Assembly: GCA_002269645.1 (NCBI GenBank)
Contig: NIVC01000726.1
Coordinates: forward strand, 57,652-121,651
Direction: 5' to 3'
Length of the DNA stretch: 64,000 nt
Origin: Macrostomum lignano
Taxonomy: Eukaryota
Shown in pieces: positions 12,491 through 24,200 of this stretch (positions are counted from its first letter, which is position 1; every line of letters begins with the position of its first letter). Under the pieces are notes generated by a model, which saw only the letters and a list, made by a program, of their open reading frames with translations, was not told the DNA's origin and made no database searches. The position numbers and the translations under genes were made by a program.

Positions 12491-14171
12491 AAGAAAAAAG
12501 CAACTAATAAGATTTTTTTTGCATTGAACAAGAGCTCAAACTCTATCAATGTCAATACCTGTTGTTCACATCAGCAGTGAACCAATGGCACTGCTTGCTT
12601 TGATAGCAATTGACAATGCTATATCAAATGAAACACTAAATAGATTAGAGTGAAAAATTGATAACTATATACCATATACTGTTTTATCTAACCATTAGTA
12701 ACAATACTAGGCTTATAGCTGATACAACAGATGCTGATATTATAAATGCAAAGAATATAGTGGAGCTTCTGCAATATGGACATATAAAGCTCTTCCAAAG
12801 GCAATGATTTCATCTTTTATTGCAAGCCATGTCTACTTAAAAATGTAGAGTGCTAGTCTGGTGAAGTAACACATTTTGGCCCTAAAAGCTCCTATCCAGA
12901 TTGAATGTATTTTAACCAATGAATGCAAAAACTAAGGACATAACTCTAACCAATAAAAAGTAGCTATGTACCATCCAATGCGATCAAGACTAAAAAGTAC
13001 TATAAAAGCCCATATCAGACAAGCAAGAAGCTTGCCTCCTTTTTTTGCCTCCCTTTTTGCGCCTCTTTTCCACCTCTCTTTGCCTCTTTTCTGCCTTTTT
13101 TTGCCTCTCCCTTTTCCCCTTCCTTCTTTTAGCTTTTGTTAGCTATCTAAGAATTACTTCTGATTGAAACAGTTAAGGTCTCAACTCAAATACCAAAAAT
13201 GATAAATTTTTTTCATCATCAGGAAAAGTCAGTTGAATCCGCCACCTCAGTTATTTGGCTCTTACATTGATATTTGAAGTAGACATAGAGCCATAGAAGT
13301 GAGACCAGACAACTAAATAAACAACACAGCATATTTAAAATATTTCACTGGTAGGCTGCCAAGCAACTAATCTATTATGAAGACACAATTCTATCAATGG
13401 CATATGCAAAGGGCAGGGCAAGGTGGCCACAGCCTATCCTTATCATCTGGGATGCTGCATATTTCATCAATCTTGCTATTACCAATATGCAAGATAGACC
13501 AAATAGGCATGTGCTAGTCTGCTTTATAAAGTGGGCCAATAAATTTGCCCATCTTTTAGGACCTAGGCATGGCTTTGCTATTATATAAGTAGGTCACACT
13601 AATTCCAATTGAAGGAATAATGAAAATGTATAAATAAGTGTCACAATATAAGTTCCAAAATGCAATGTTATTAATGCTATTTATATACTACAGGTAAGGA
13701 TTCAACTGCATATGCTATCCCTACCTTTCTGATGCAGAGGTTCTTAAGCTTCTCAATAAGATAGTTACAAATGACTATGGCCAGCTGCATAATGCATTTT
13801 GTAAAGAAAATCTAAAACTATAGAGTCAGCAAGACATTTCAATATGAAATATTTGGCAGTGACTTTGTCATAGAGCTCTTATGTTTGCAAGAACTTCTGG
13901 TTACTATCAAGGCATTTATGAGTATAGTTCAATATTCCCAATTTCCTTATTAGGTCTGCATCAATTCCACCCTTTAGTAGACTGTAGCCAATTTTCATTG
14001 CATACGAGGCAACCACATGCAGGTTGGTTTAAAGGTTAAATACATTAAAGTTTTTCACTAGTTTTTGGCTAGCTATATAATGAGTAATGATTTGATATAT
14101 ATATATAGATCTATAAGATCTAAAATAATAAAGTAATAAACTGTCATTTTATTAAATCATAAATGCAATTG

Positions 14172-14210
<39 letters not shown>

Positions 14211-15115
14211 TTAATTTTATTAAACGAAATTAGGTGACTTTCTAAAATAGACATCATTTAATAAAATGACTGTTTATTAACATTAACAATACAATAGGTT
14301 AGATTTGCTATAATGTATACCAACTCAATTCATCTAAATGATAAATTATAGGCATCCCATTGTTGACAGCTTGGCTTATTGATATTGCCCCTGATGAGCA
14401 GGCTTCATCTTAGACTTCTAGCAGGCAATGTTAGCCTGGTGGTCCTATCCATTGGCAACTTTGTAAGCAAAAGATAGAATATAATGTTTAGGAAAAATGT
14501 TTTATTCTACCCTATTTCTATTAATTTACCCTAGTTATAGCCTTAGAAAACACTTTTTTATATAGGTTATTAAAAACAACTTCATTGATTCAAATGCTAT
14601 TTGAATAACTTTGAATAGGCCTAACTTAAATAATTTGAATAACTGCCAGCTAGATTATGCAATCCTTGATGCTATAAATGCCATATTAATAAAAACTTGG
14701 GGCACCAAGGTCGAATGTCTTATGACATGGCATCTAACAATATTTTCTATAAATTGCTATAGATTGCTTGGACAAGGCTTTGCCATAGTAGTTATAGATT
14801 TGGCCTTACTTTACAAGAGCAATTTAGAAACCACAAGGCTATGGCTCTACTACAAGATATTGCTAAAATTTTAGCACACACTTTAAGTTGATGCTTGGTT
14901 GGCACATTCACCTTATTGTCAAAAAGGTGCCCAGTGTATACCAGAGTTGGTTGGGGAAAAATTTAAGGATTTATACCATATGTACCAAAAAATAGAAATG
15001 AGACTTTGTTATAATATACCAAAATTTCAAAATTGTGCAACCTTACTTCTATAACAATAAAAGACCTTTTTTGATGCAACAATAAGGCCCTTTTTGCATT
15101 GCAACATTTGGTTTA

Positions 15116-15994
15116 TAGTGTTGGGCACCAGTCCGTTAATAAGCATTAATCTGTTAATAAACATTAATAAGTGTTAAGATTTTTCATTAATGTTAACGGA
15201 CTGTCGTTAAGATTTTTTTGAACTAACGGATTAACGAATTTGCATTAAAAATTTTGTGAATTAACAATAAATTCATTGTTAAAGGTAGTGTCTATGTCAA
15301 TGACCAAAGATGCAAAGAAGGAACGAAAAATAGAAGTCTTACAAGAAGTTTAAACATTACAAATGTATTTGAGCTTACCTATATGCCTAAATATAATCTC
15401 TTTATTTATGACGATGATCATACAGACGTACATGTAATTAACAACTTCTTACAAATAAACTTTAAAATAATAAATTAAAATAGTGTGAAACTTTATTTCT
15501 TGCTTGTGAGCATCGATCGCTTTGATTCACTTCTGTCCCAATCTTTTGCAACTTTCTGCTGCACCTGCTAATGGTACTAAAACAACCTTCCTATGCGTAT
15601 TTAAGTATGAATTTCTCGCCATTAGCTTTTAAGTTTCAAATAAAATAAGTTACTTTTTTACCATATGCTTTACTTTTAGTAGTATTATGCATGCAAGTTT
15701 TTAAAATGATTATTTATTACTTTTTTAGCTTTTAAATTGCTTAGATGACCTCTGTGTTTTGCTAAAAAGATGGAATAGCAAAGACATGCAACACGAAGTC
15801 TGTTTTGGAAAAACGTGCAAGATTTCCATATTTTCTGTGTTAACTTTAATGGATTAAAGCTTATTAACAATTATCAGTTAACTTTCAGTTAACTTAATGA
15901 AATTAGAAGTTAAAAAGTTAAGATTTTTTGTTGTAACGCTAACACTTTTGCTATTAATGGAAGTTAAGATTTTCATTAATGGTGCCCAACACTG
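15116..15994. mobile_element. Non-autonomous hAT-like element (~880 bp)
   Basis: TIRs (T)AGTGTTGGGCACCA from 15116 and TGGTGCCCAACACTG ending 15994. Flanking 8-mers TTGGTTTA and GTAGTTTA match 6/8, consistent with an aged 8-bp TSD. Many subterminal GTTAA motifs. Confidence 0.6.
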
Positions 15995-16554
15995 GTAGTT
16001 TATATGTACATTATAACAAAATGAACAAAATGTCTATTTCATTTTTATGACTTAAAATTATATAAAATTCTAACCTATTTTTTTTAAATAACATTAGACT
16101 ACCATAGTTAATTAGGCCTAAGATTTTTTTATTTTTTGTTGGCACTCCTTTTACTTCTTAAATCTTAACCTTAAACTTCTTCTTCGAAAATTGAAATGTA
16201 CTATCTTTTGTTATGGAAACTATTAAAATGCTGGTACCAATTTTCAAATAGCTTTATATACCACTTTTTATATGCTATATATTTTTTTGATTCAATCAAA
16301 CATGCTAAATATACATGCCAATGAACTATGAAAGGCTAATGCATGCTAGTAAATTTAGGCACATAAGATACTTTCTTGATTATAATATGGGCAGCACCAG
16401 TTGATCAACACAGAACTGTTAGTGTTTTTTGTAATTGGCTAACCATTTTACTAAGAACTACTAGGGCCTATAATGTTATAACTGTTAAAGCTAAACTAAA
16501 CTTTGAATATTCTAAACCATGCCTAATTTTAAACTTTTGTATCAAAATTTTATT

Positions 16555-17160
16555 ATGGAAGTGCTTATCCCCATGGTCCCCTGCCAATAATTCCAATTTT
16601 ATCCTTGTCAATAATTTCCAGCTTATCCCTATAACAGCTTATTGAAATAGCTGCCACCATTCAAGTCTATAGGCTGTGTCAATAATTACAATTTTATCCA
16701 CACGGATCCATGTCAATATTTTCAGTTTATCCCCATGGCTAAGATTGTGTAGTTGTTTGTGTTTAGTTTTGTGTACTGACATTAAATCAATATTGTCATT
16801 ATTATTAGTATTATTATCATTATTATTATATTTTGAATTTTGAATTTGGCAAGTCTTATTCACCTTGATCTTTAGGTTGTTTGGTCATTTTAAACAAAGC
16901 TGGCAGCTAAGCAAATTTAAAATTAACCCTTTAATGACAAAATGTGTTAACAAACTACTCAATACTATTCAATATTCAGTACATAAACTTTATTTAGAAG
17001 ATTTATAAAACAGTGAAAACAAAAAGACAGTTTTGAACAGATTCATTTTAAGGTTCTTTATTTCAATAAGCTGTTGTAGGATGAGCTAGAAATTATTGAC
17101 ACAGATCCATATGGATAAAATTTGAATAATCAGCATGGGACCCTGGGGATAGGCGCTTCT
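16555..17160. mobile_element. MITE-like imperfect inverted repeat
   Basis: 16560-16650 (cttatccccatggtccc...gtcaataatttccagc...aacagcttattgaaata) is the approximate reverse complement of 17060-17158. A third partial copy lies at 16675-16740. Confidence 0.55.
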
Positions 17161-17299
17161 TTTTAATATAGGCCTACCTAATTATTGACCTTGCATATTT
17201 TTTGTCTATTTGATTTTGCATTTGCACTAAATATGTTCTATGGTTTTGTTTTTAATATGCTCTATTTTACCTATGGCTATGCTAAATATGCTAGTATGC

Positions 17300-18500
17300 T
17301 TTTTGTATTCTATAATTTTTTTCTTATAGTTTGCTTTCTCATAAAATTCATATCAGAGAAAAAAATTGGCCTTGTCAAAGTGGTTATAATTTCTTAAAAA
17401 GCCTAGTAACACTAGTTTGTAATTCACACAAAAATTAGGCCCCTATGTATTACTTTCCAAAGTATTTTTAATACATTATCATTTATCTTTGTTGTCATTT
17501 TATAGTAAGAAATTCTAAGTGTTTAGAAGGCTTTGCTCATATAAATAATTTATAGGCCTAGGCTACCACATGTTATTTTATAATATAAGTTATTCTCCAC
17601 ATTATTCCATACATTATTCCATATAATAGGCCTATCTATTATCCATATGGAACAATATATAGTCATAGAACTTGTGGAATAACTAGGCCTAGCAGAATGT
17701 GTGGAATAATATAGGGAATAGGCCTAACATGTATAATAATATGTGGTATATGTTATATGATCATATTCATTATTTACTCAAGGAGGGGAACTGGGAAAAA
17801 AGACACTAAGAATAAGTTATAAGAGTAAGGCCTAGTGCTATAACCTTTTAAGTCTAACTTAATTAGTCTAATCTTAGACTTAGTAATGCCTAGATTGGAA
17901 AATAATATATATACCAATAAGACCACATAAGCATACTAGAATTAGACTAAGATACTATTAGAGTTAGACTAAAATGCTACCAGAACTATACTAAGATAGG
18001 CCTACTATGCTACCAGACCAAAAAGATACTGAGACTTATGGCTATGCAAAGATAAAATAGAGTGCAATAATAGGGATTAAAATAGAAGGCCTAGAGAAAT
18101 CAGATCTAGTACAAATAAAACTTTGGTAGCAACAGTGAATTTTTTAGAAGACAGTAGAAAAGCACTATGACAACTTTGCTAGCTTAACAGAGGGATAGGC
18201 CTAGGCCCTATTTATAAAGACAGAAGCGAGAATGGTCCATGCTTACTTTAGTCTTTATCTCTAACTGGTCTAATTTCAGTATAGTACAAAAAAATTCATA
18301 ACTTTGTCAATAGGCCTACTAAAAAAACTAAAATTTTACATAGAAGCATAGTTTCTTGCCCCGCATGTTTTTAATAAATTTTATGAATTTACTAGGCTTT
18401 TTAAGAAATTATAACCACTTTGACAAGGCCAACTTTTCTCCTCTGATATGAATTTCATAAGAAAGCAAACTATAATATAATGAAAAAATTAAAATCTAGC
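17300..18500. mobile_element. MITE-like element with ~100-bp inverted arms
   Basis: 17325-17409 (ttatagtttgctttctc...ttggccttgtcaaagtggttataatttcttaaaaagcctagtaa) is the reverse complement of about 18379-18475. Confidence 0.6.
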
Positions 18501-19072
18501 AAAAACAGTTTTTCGTCGAATTTTCTAGCCAATAAGCCAACCAAAGTAGCAAAAGAAAATAAATATATTTAAGTAGCATTGGTTTTTTTTAGAAAATATT
18601 TATTTAACAAAATTTACTAGAAAAAGTATGATTTTAGAATTAGGGCCTAACTTGGCTGTCTCAACTTTGTCACCTAGAAGTAAACAAGCTTGCAGGGTGT
18701 AGTAAAATCTGAAGTTTTTAAATCACACAGAAGTGTCAACTTATGCAAATGAATGAAAGGGTGCGTTCGAGTAGTAGCCAAGGCCCAAGAACAGGCCAAC
18801 CTAGAGCCTCTTCACGGCTATCGATTCTCGAAGCAGAATCGGTTCGGATTTCCAAGAAAAAAAGCAGTATAACTATTTAACTTTGTTGAATGTTTGACTG
18901 CTCTAACAGCCTCACTTTGCACAATTTTTCACTTTCTTCTTGGCTATTGCCATTCAATAATCACAATTTTAAAGCACTAATATCCCTCTAGTTTAGGAGA
19001 CTAAAAGTTATACTTTACAAATTGCTTCTGGTTCTCGAACCATAACAAGAAATATGAAGAGCCTCCTAAATT

Positions 19073-19279
19073 AGGACGGGAAACCTCGTTTCTTAAAAAA
19101 TTTTAGAAGGCAGGTTTTCCTGCCTCCTATCAGCAGGTTTTCCTGAAACTGCCTCCTATCAAAAGCAATAACAATTTTTGTGCTGAAAAAATGAAAACTT
19201 CCTATCTTCGTAGGCCTAGTGTATTTTTTCGGGAAAACCTGCCTTCTAAAATTTTCTAAGAAACGAAGCTTCCTGTCCT
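19073..19279. mobile_element. 207-bp MITE with 48-bp TIRs
   Basis: aggacgggaaacctcgtttcttaaaaaattttagaaggcaggttttcc at 19073-19120 versus the reverse complement of 19232-19279 (4 mismatches). Confidence 0.65.
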
Positions 19280-19530
19280 TCTACTTAAGTCGTCCTTGGT
19301 AGTAGCTCGAAAATTTCAATTTTTTCTCTATCAACGCTCATTTGCAAAAATTGCTTTAAAAAGTCTGCAACTAAATGACTAATTATTCATCTAATTAATT
19401 GCCATATTCTGATGTTAATTGTAAAGTAACTCTTATTTAAGGATTATTAGGGTATAGGCCTATAATAAAATAGGCGGTGACTATTTGTCTGGTATTGGAT
19501 GAATAACGTAACTATTATTTGTCCGGTACC

Positions 19531-20407
19531 GGATAAATAAAAGTGAAGTTATTTGTCTGGTAGGCCCTACTAGCTGAGCTGCATGAATTTGTATGCCACT
19601 CTGCAAATCTTTTCTTGCGAGGTATATAAGCCTGATGTTAGAGTGTCTTCCTGATGATCAAACAGTACTGAGTTTGAATCTGTAGTGATGACTCCACTTT
19701 TTAATTGTAAAAACTCCAAGTTTTATTGTAATAACTCTAATGCCTTACTTTGACATTTGTGTTATATAGCAGCAAATGTCATTATTAATTTTGAATGTAC
19801 TATGACTACTGTTTACTATCCCTATTGCAGCCAAGGTCTGAACCGCGCCGGACGCCCCCCTTTCCCGCGCCAGACATCTACCCGTACCGCGCCAGGGCCA
19901 GTCCCCAGGATCAGTGATTTGGTTCAATTTTCCCATGCCCCGCGCCACGCCGCCGCGCGCCGCCGCCACACGACACGCCACCGCGCGCCGCCGCCATGCG
20001 CCGCGCCGCGCCGCCGCCAGGCCAATCCGTGCCGGACTCCATCCACGAAAATGGCCATTGGCTGCAATAGGGTTTACTATGAAACCAAAACATACCAATA
20101 TATATAGAATAAAATAAAATAAGAGTAAAAATTATACAAAACTTTTGGTATTTTGCCAGAATTTGCCCTCAGCCTTCAATGGGTTTTGCCAACTGTGATC
20201 CTATCCTATAGCACTATTTAATCACAACAAATATTTTCTGCTTCTAGCCTAAAAGTGAACTATATACTACTTTTTTGAGTATTCCCTATATTTTTACAAG
20301 TTTTTATTATATCCAAACTGTAGGCCTACTGGACAATTAGGCCTAGGACAAATAACTTCACTATTATTTATCTCATACCAGACAAATAACTTCATTTTTA
20401 TTTATCC
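19531..20407. mobile_element. Inverted-repeat element enclosing the GC-rich MITE
   Basis: ggataaataaaagtgaagttatttgtctggta (19531-19562) matches the reverse complement of 20376-20407 at 31/32. Partial sub-repeats lie next to both arms. Confidence 0.55.
19820..20072. mobile_element. Young 253-bp GC-rich MITE with perfect TIR and 8-bp TSD
   Basis: TIR CCCTATTGCAGCCAA (19820-19834) / TTGGCTGCAATAGGG (20058-20072). Perfect direct repeat TTTACTAT at 19812-19819 and 20073-20080. The interior is rich in CGCCGCC-type repeats. Confidence 0.85.
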
Positions 20408-21201
20408 TATAGCCTATATATATCTATATACTAAAAATTTCCTCTTATCTATAACTAGGCCTATCTATAACTAGTAAACTTTCTATAATTTCTTATAACT
20501 TTCTTGCCATGGTTGTAGTATGCCATTAGCATTACTACTAGAGGGCCTATTAAGGATTAGGACCTCACTATTGGCTGTATTAGGCCCTATAGCTAGGCCT
20601 ATAGTGGTGCAGCCATAAATAATATTCTACAGAATGCATCTATGGCATTTAATTTATATCAAATTAATTGCCTTTTAGATTATTCTTTCTCTTTTCTCCT
20701 TCCTTTTCTACCCTCTTTTTTTCTCTTTTCTTTTCCCCCCTCTTTTCTCTTTCTATTCTCTCTTCTTTCCATGTTAGACAAAATAAAAATAGATTAATAT
20801 ATTATTGACAAACTAATTAGCTACCATTATACCCAATATAGCTATTTTGAGATATATCTATTCTATCAAAAGGATATTAATATGTAAGTGTTGTAACTTT
20901 TGGAGTAGTTAGTGTCTTAATCATAATGCTTTTATAGTTAGCTTAAAAATTCTATATTTAGTACTTATATACTTATATTAAGTACATAATGTATAGTCTA
21001 AAATAGTACCTAATATTGTTTTGGAATACATGGAGGTGTTAAAGATATTTAGTATTAATTTTTTATATAAATTTATATTTTACCATTGCAAACAACATGT
21101 TATAACATTTTTGCAATGCTTTTAACAATTTTCCCATAAATACTTTTTGCATGTAAAATCAGACTATCAATTTTTTTCATAACTGCAAAAAGCTAATCAG
21201 T

Positions 21202-24200
21202 ATGGATATTGAATTATTAGTTGCTGACATTATAAAGAAGCAATGCTCAGTCCTTCAATTGATTGAATCTTTGCAGTAAGTACTAATTAGAAATTGTTAC
21301 CAATGTTAATAACTTATTTCTATAATTATATTAATAATTTTAACTTTAGACCAGATCTAACATCAACTAAAATTGAGCAAAGAGCTGGCGCCATAGGGGA
21401 GGTTGCAAATGTTTTGCAAAAATTGCCACCTGCACACTTGAATGAGCAAGAGGGTGAGTACAATTATCTAGTTATTACATATTTCAAATAAAAATATCTA
21501 CTATTTGTCTAACTAATTATTTATTATTACCTGTCATCTCTTTTTTCAGTCACAACCCTTGTTCAGTTTCTATGTGTCAAGTTGGCAGACCATTTTAGTG
21601 TGTCAAGTCATGCTATTTTTGGTCTCAAAGCACTGGTAAGACCTTAAAAAGTGCTTTCCTATATGATAGTACAAACAGTGGCTCAAGTAAAGCATTTGCA
21701 TACTCTAATTTTCAGTGCTCTTGTGTCAATCTTTCTAATGCAGCTGCAGAAGCTGTGTTTCGGTCAGTGACTACCGAGCTTCAGGTGCAAACGCTTAACC
21801 AGATGGAGCGAATGGCTGTGTATCAGATCTTTCAGCTGCTGCTGCAGAACAAATTGCACTGTAAGCCGGTTTACATGGACCCAATGCCCCGATACTGTCG
21901 GTTCAGCAGCTGAAAACATTGACAATCTTGATCCCATATCTGACATCCACACGGCACACCTGACAGTCCCAATACCATATCTGACAGTCCCGATCCCATA
22001 TCTGACAGTCCCGATACCACATCTGACAGTCCCGATCCCACAGCTGACAGTCCCGATCCCCACAACTAACAGTCGCGATCCCACAGCTGACAGTCCCGAT
22101 CCCCACAACTAACAGTCCCGATCCCACATCTGACAGTCTCGATACCACAGCTGACAGTCCCGATCCCACAACTGGCAATCCCGATCCCACAGCTGAGAGT
22201 CCCGATCCCCAAAACTAACAGTCCCGATCCCACAGTTGACAATCCTGATCCCACACGTGAGAGTTTCAAAAGTTTTGACAGACCTGTCAGATTATTCCTG
22301 AACATTTGCAGTCCTGAAAAGCATCAATCACGACTTCGTGTTCGGTTTTGTTCGCACCATCGACGCCGAGAAAGATCCGCGCAATCTCCTCATCGTATTC
22401 GAACTGTTCCCCCTGGTTGTGGCCGAATTCGATATTACCAGGTTTAGCGAGGACATGTTCGAAGTTATCGCCTGCTATTTTCCTGTCGATTTCAAGCCTG
22501 TAGGTTGATTAATTACTTGAGCAATAGTTGTCTGTGTTATTATTATTTCTGTGCTATTCTAGTCTCTTACACTTCTCTGCCAAATATTCATGATATTCAG
22601 CAAGTTAGAATTGGAGTAATCGTCCCTCATTATAAATAGAATGACGTAGATTTTTATAAAATAACTACTAAAAGATCAATTTGCTCCTCAATTGCCTAGG
22701 CTCAAGGGGAATTTTTCAGATGCCAGGATGCTCACGGGAAATTGTTCAGATGCCAGAATGCTCACGGGGAATTGTTCAGATGCCAGAATGCTCACGGGAA
22801 ATTGTTTAGATGCCAGAATGCTCACGGGAAATTGTTCAGATGCTAGGATGCTCACGGGGAATTGTTCAGATGCCAGAATGCTCACGGGGAATTGTTCAGA
22901 TGCCAGAATGCTCACGGGGAATTGTTCAGATGCCAGAATGCTCACGGGGAATTGTTCAGATGCCAGAATGCTCACGGGGAATTGTTCAGATGCCAGAATG
23001 CTCACTGGAAATTGTTCAGATGCCAGAATGCTCACGGGGAATTGTTCAGATGCCAGAATGCTCACTGGAAATTGTTCAGATGCCAGAATGCTCACTGGAA
23101 ATTGTTCAGATGCCAGGATGCTCAAGGGGTTCGGATGCCAAGATACTCGCGGGGAATTGTTCGGATGCCAAGATACCCGCGGGAGTTGTTAAGATGGCCG
23201 GATGCTCGCAGCTAGAAAATTGTCCTGATGCCAGAAACTTCTGAAAAACGCAATTCCCAGAGCGCTAGCGGAAGCGTCACCCGCGACCAGCTGGTCGAAT
23301 TGCACAGCCGCTGTTTATCATCCACGCCAATATTCGGTGAATTTATGGTGCCACTGCTGCTTGAGAAGCTGGCCTCGGATCTGCGCTCCGCCAGGCTCGA
23401 GTCATTCAATTTGTTGCGCAGAGCCGCTCCGGTCTATCCGGCCGCGGTGCTGCTGGGCTACGGCCAGCAGCTGTTGGCCGCATTTCGTCGGGCGATGTTC
23501 CGCTCCGCCGTGTCCGACGAGGAACGACGCGTCGCACTGACAGCGTTTGCCGAAGTTGTCGCCAGAATTGCCCGGTCGGATTGCGACGCCGGCGACGATG
23601 CAGAATCTGGCCGCGAGGAGTTCTTCCGCCTATTGCTTAAGGGTGGGATTTCTCGGCTTAAAATTAAAGTACTGCTCAAGTTAAAATACTCTGTACTCAT
23701 TTTCGGATGCTATATAAGCCCGTGACAATCTTTATTCCATGTCTGACATCCACACGGCACAGCTGACAGTCCCGATCCCACAGCTTAAAGTCCCGATCCC
23801 ACAACTGACAGTCCCGATTCCACAGCTGACAGTCCCGATTCCACAGCTGACAGTCCCGATTCCACAGCTGACAGTCCCGATTCCACAGCTGACAGTCCCG
23901 ATTCCACAGCTGACAGTCCCGATTCCACAACTGACAGTCCCGATTCCACAGCTGACAGTCCCGATTCCACAGCTGACAGTCCCGATTCCACAGCTGACAG
24001 TCCCGATTCCACAACTGACAGTCCCGACTCCACAGCTGACAGTCCCGATTCCACAGCTGACAGTCCCGATCCCACAGCTGACAGTCCCTTTAACAGACTC
24101 AACTATTGCAATATTTGGCGGACGATAACAAAAACACGAGGGCTCAAAAGCCAGAATCAGTCGATATATATATTTTAATATTAGGCATGCACAAAGTACG

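Noticed and set aside
19625-19700. Possible tRNA/SINE-like head (…gtactgagtttgaatct…)
   Set aside because: A and B boxes too degenerate and no cloverleaf could be built.
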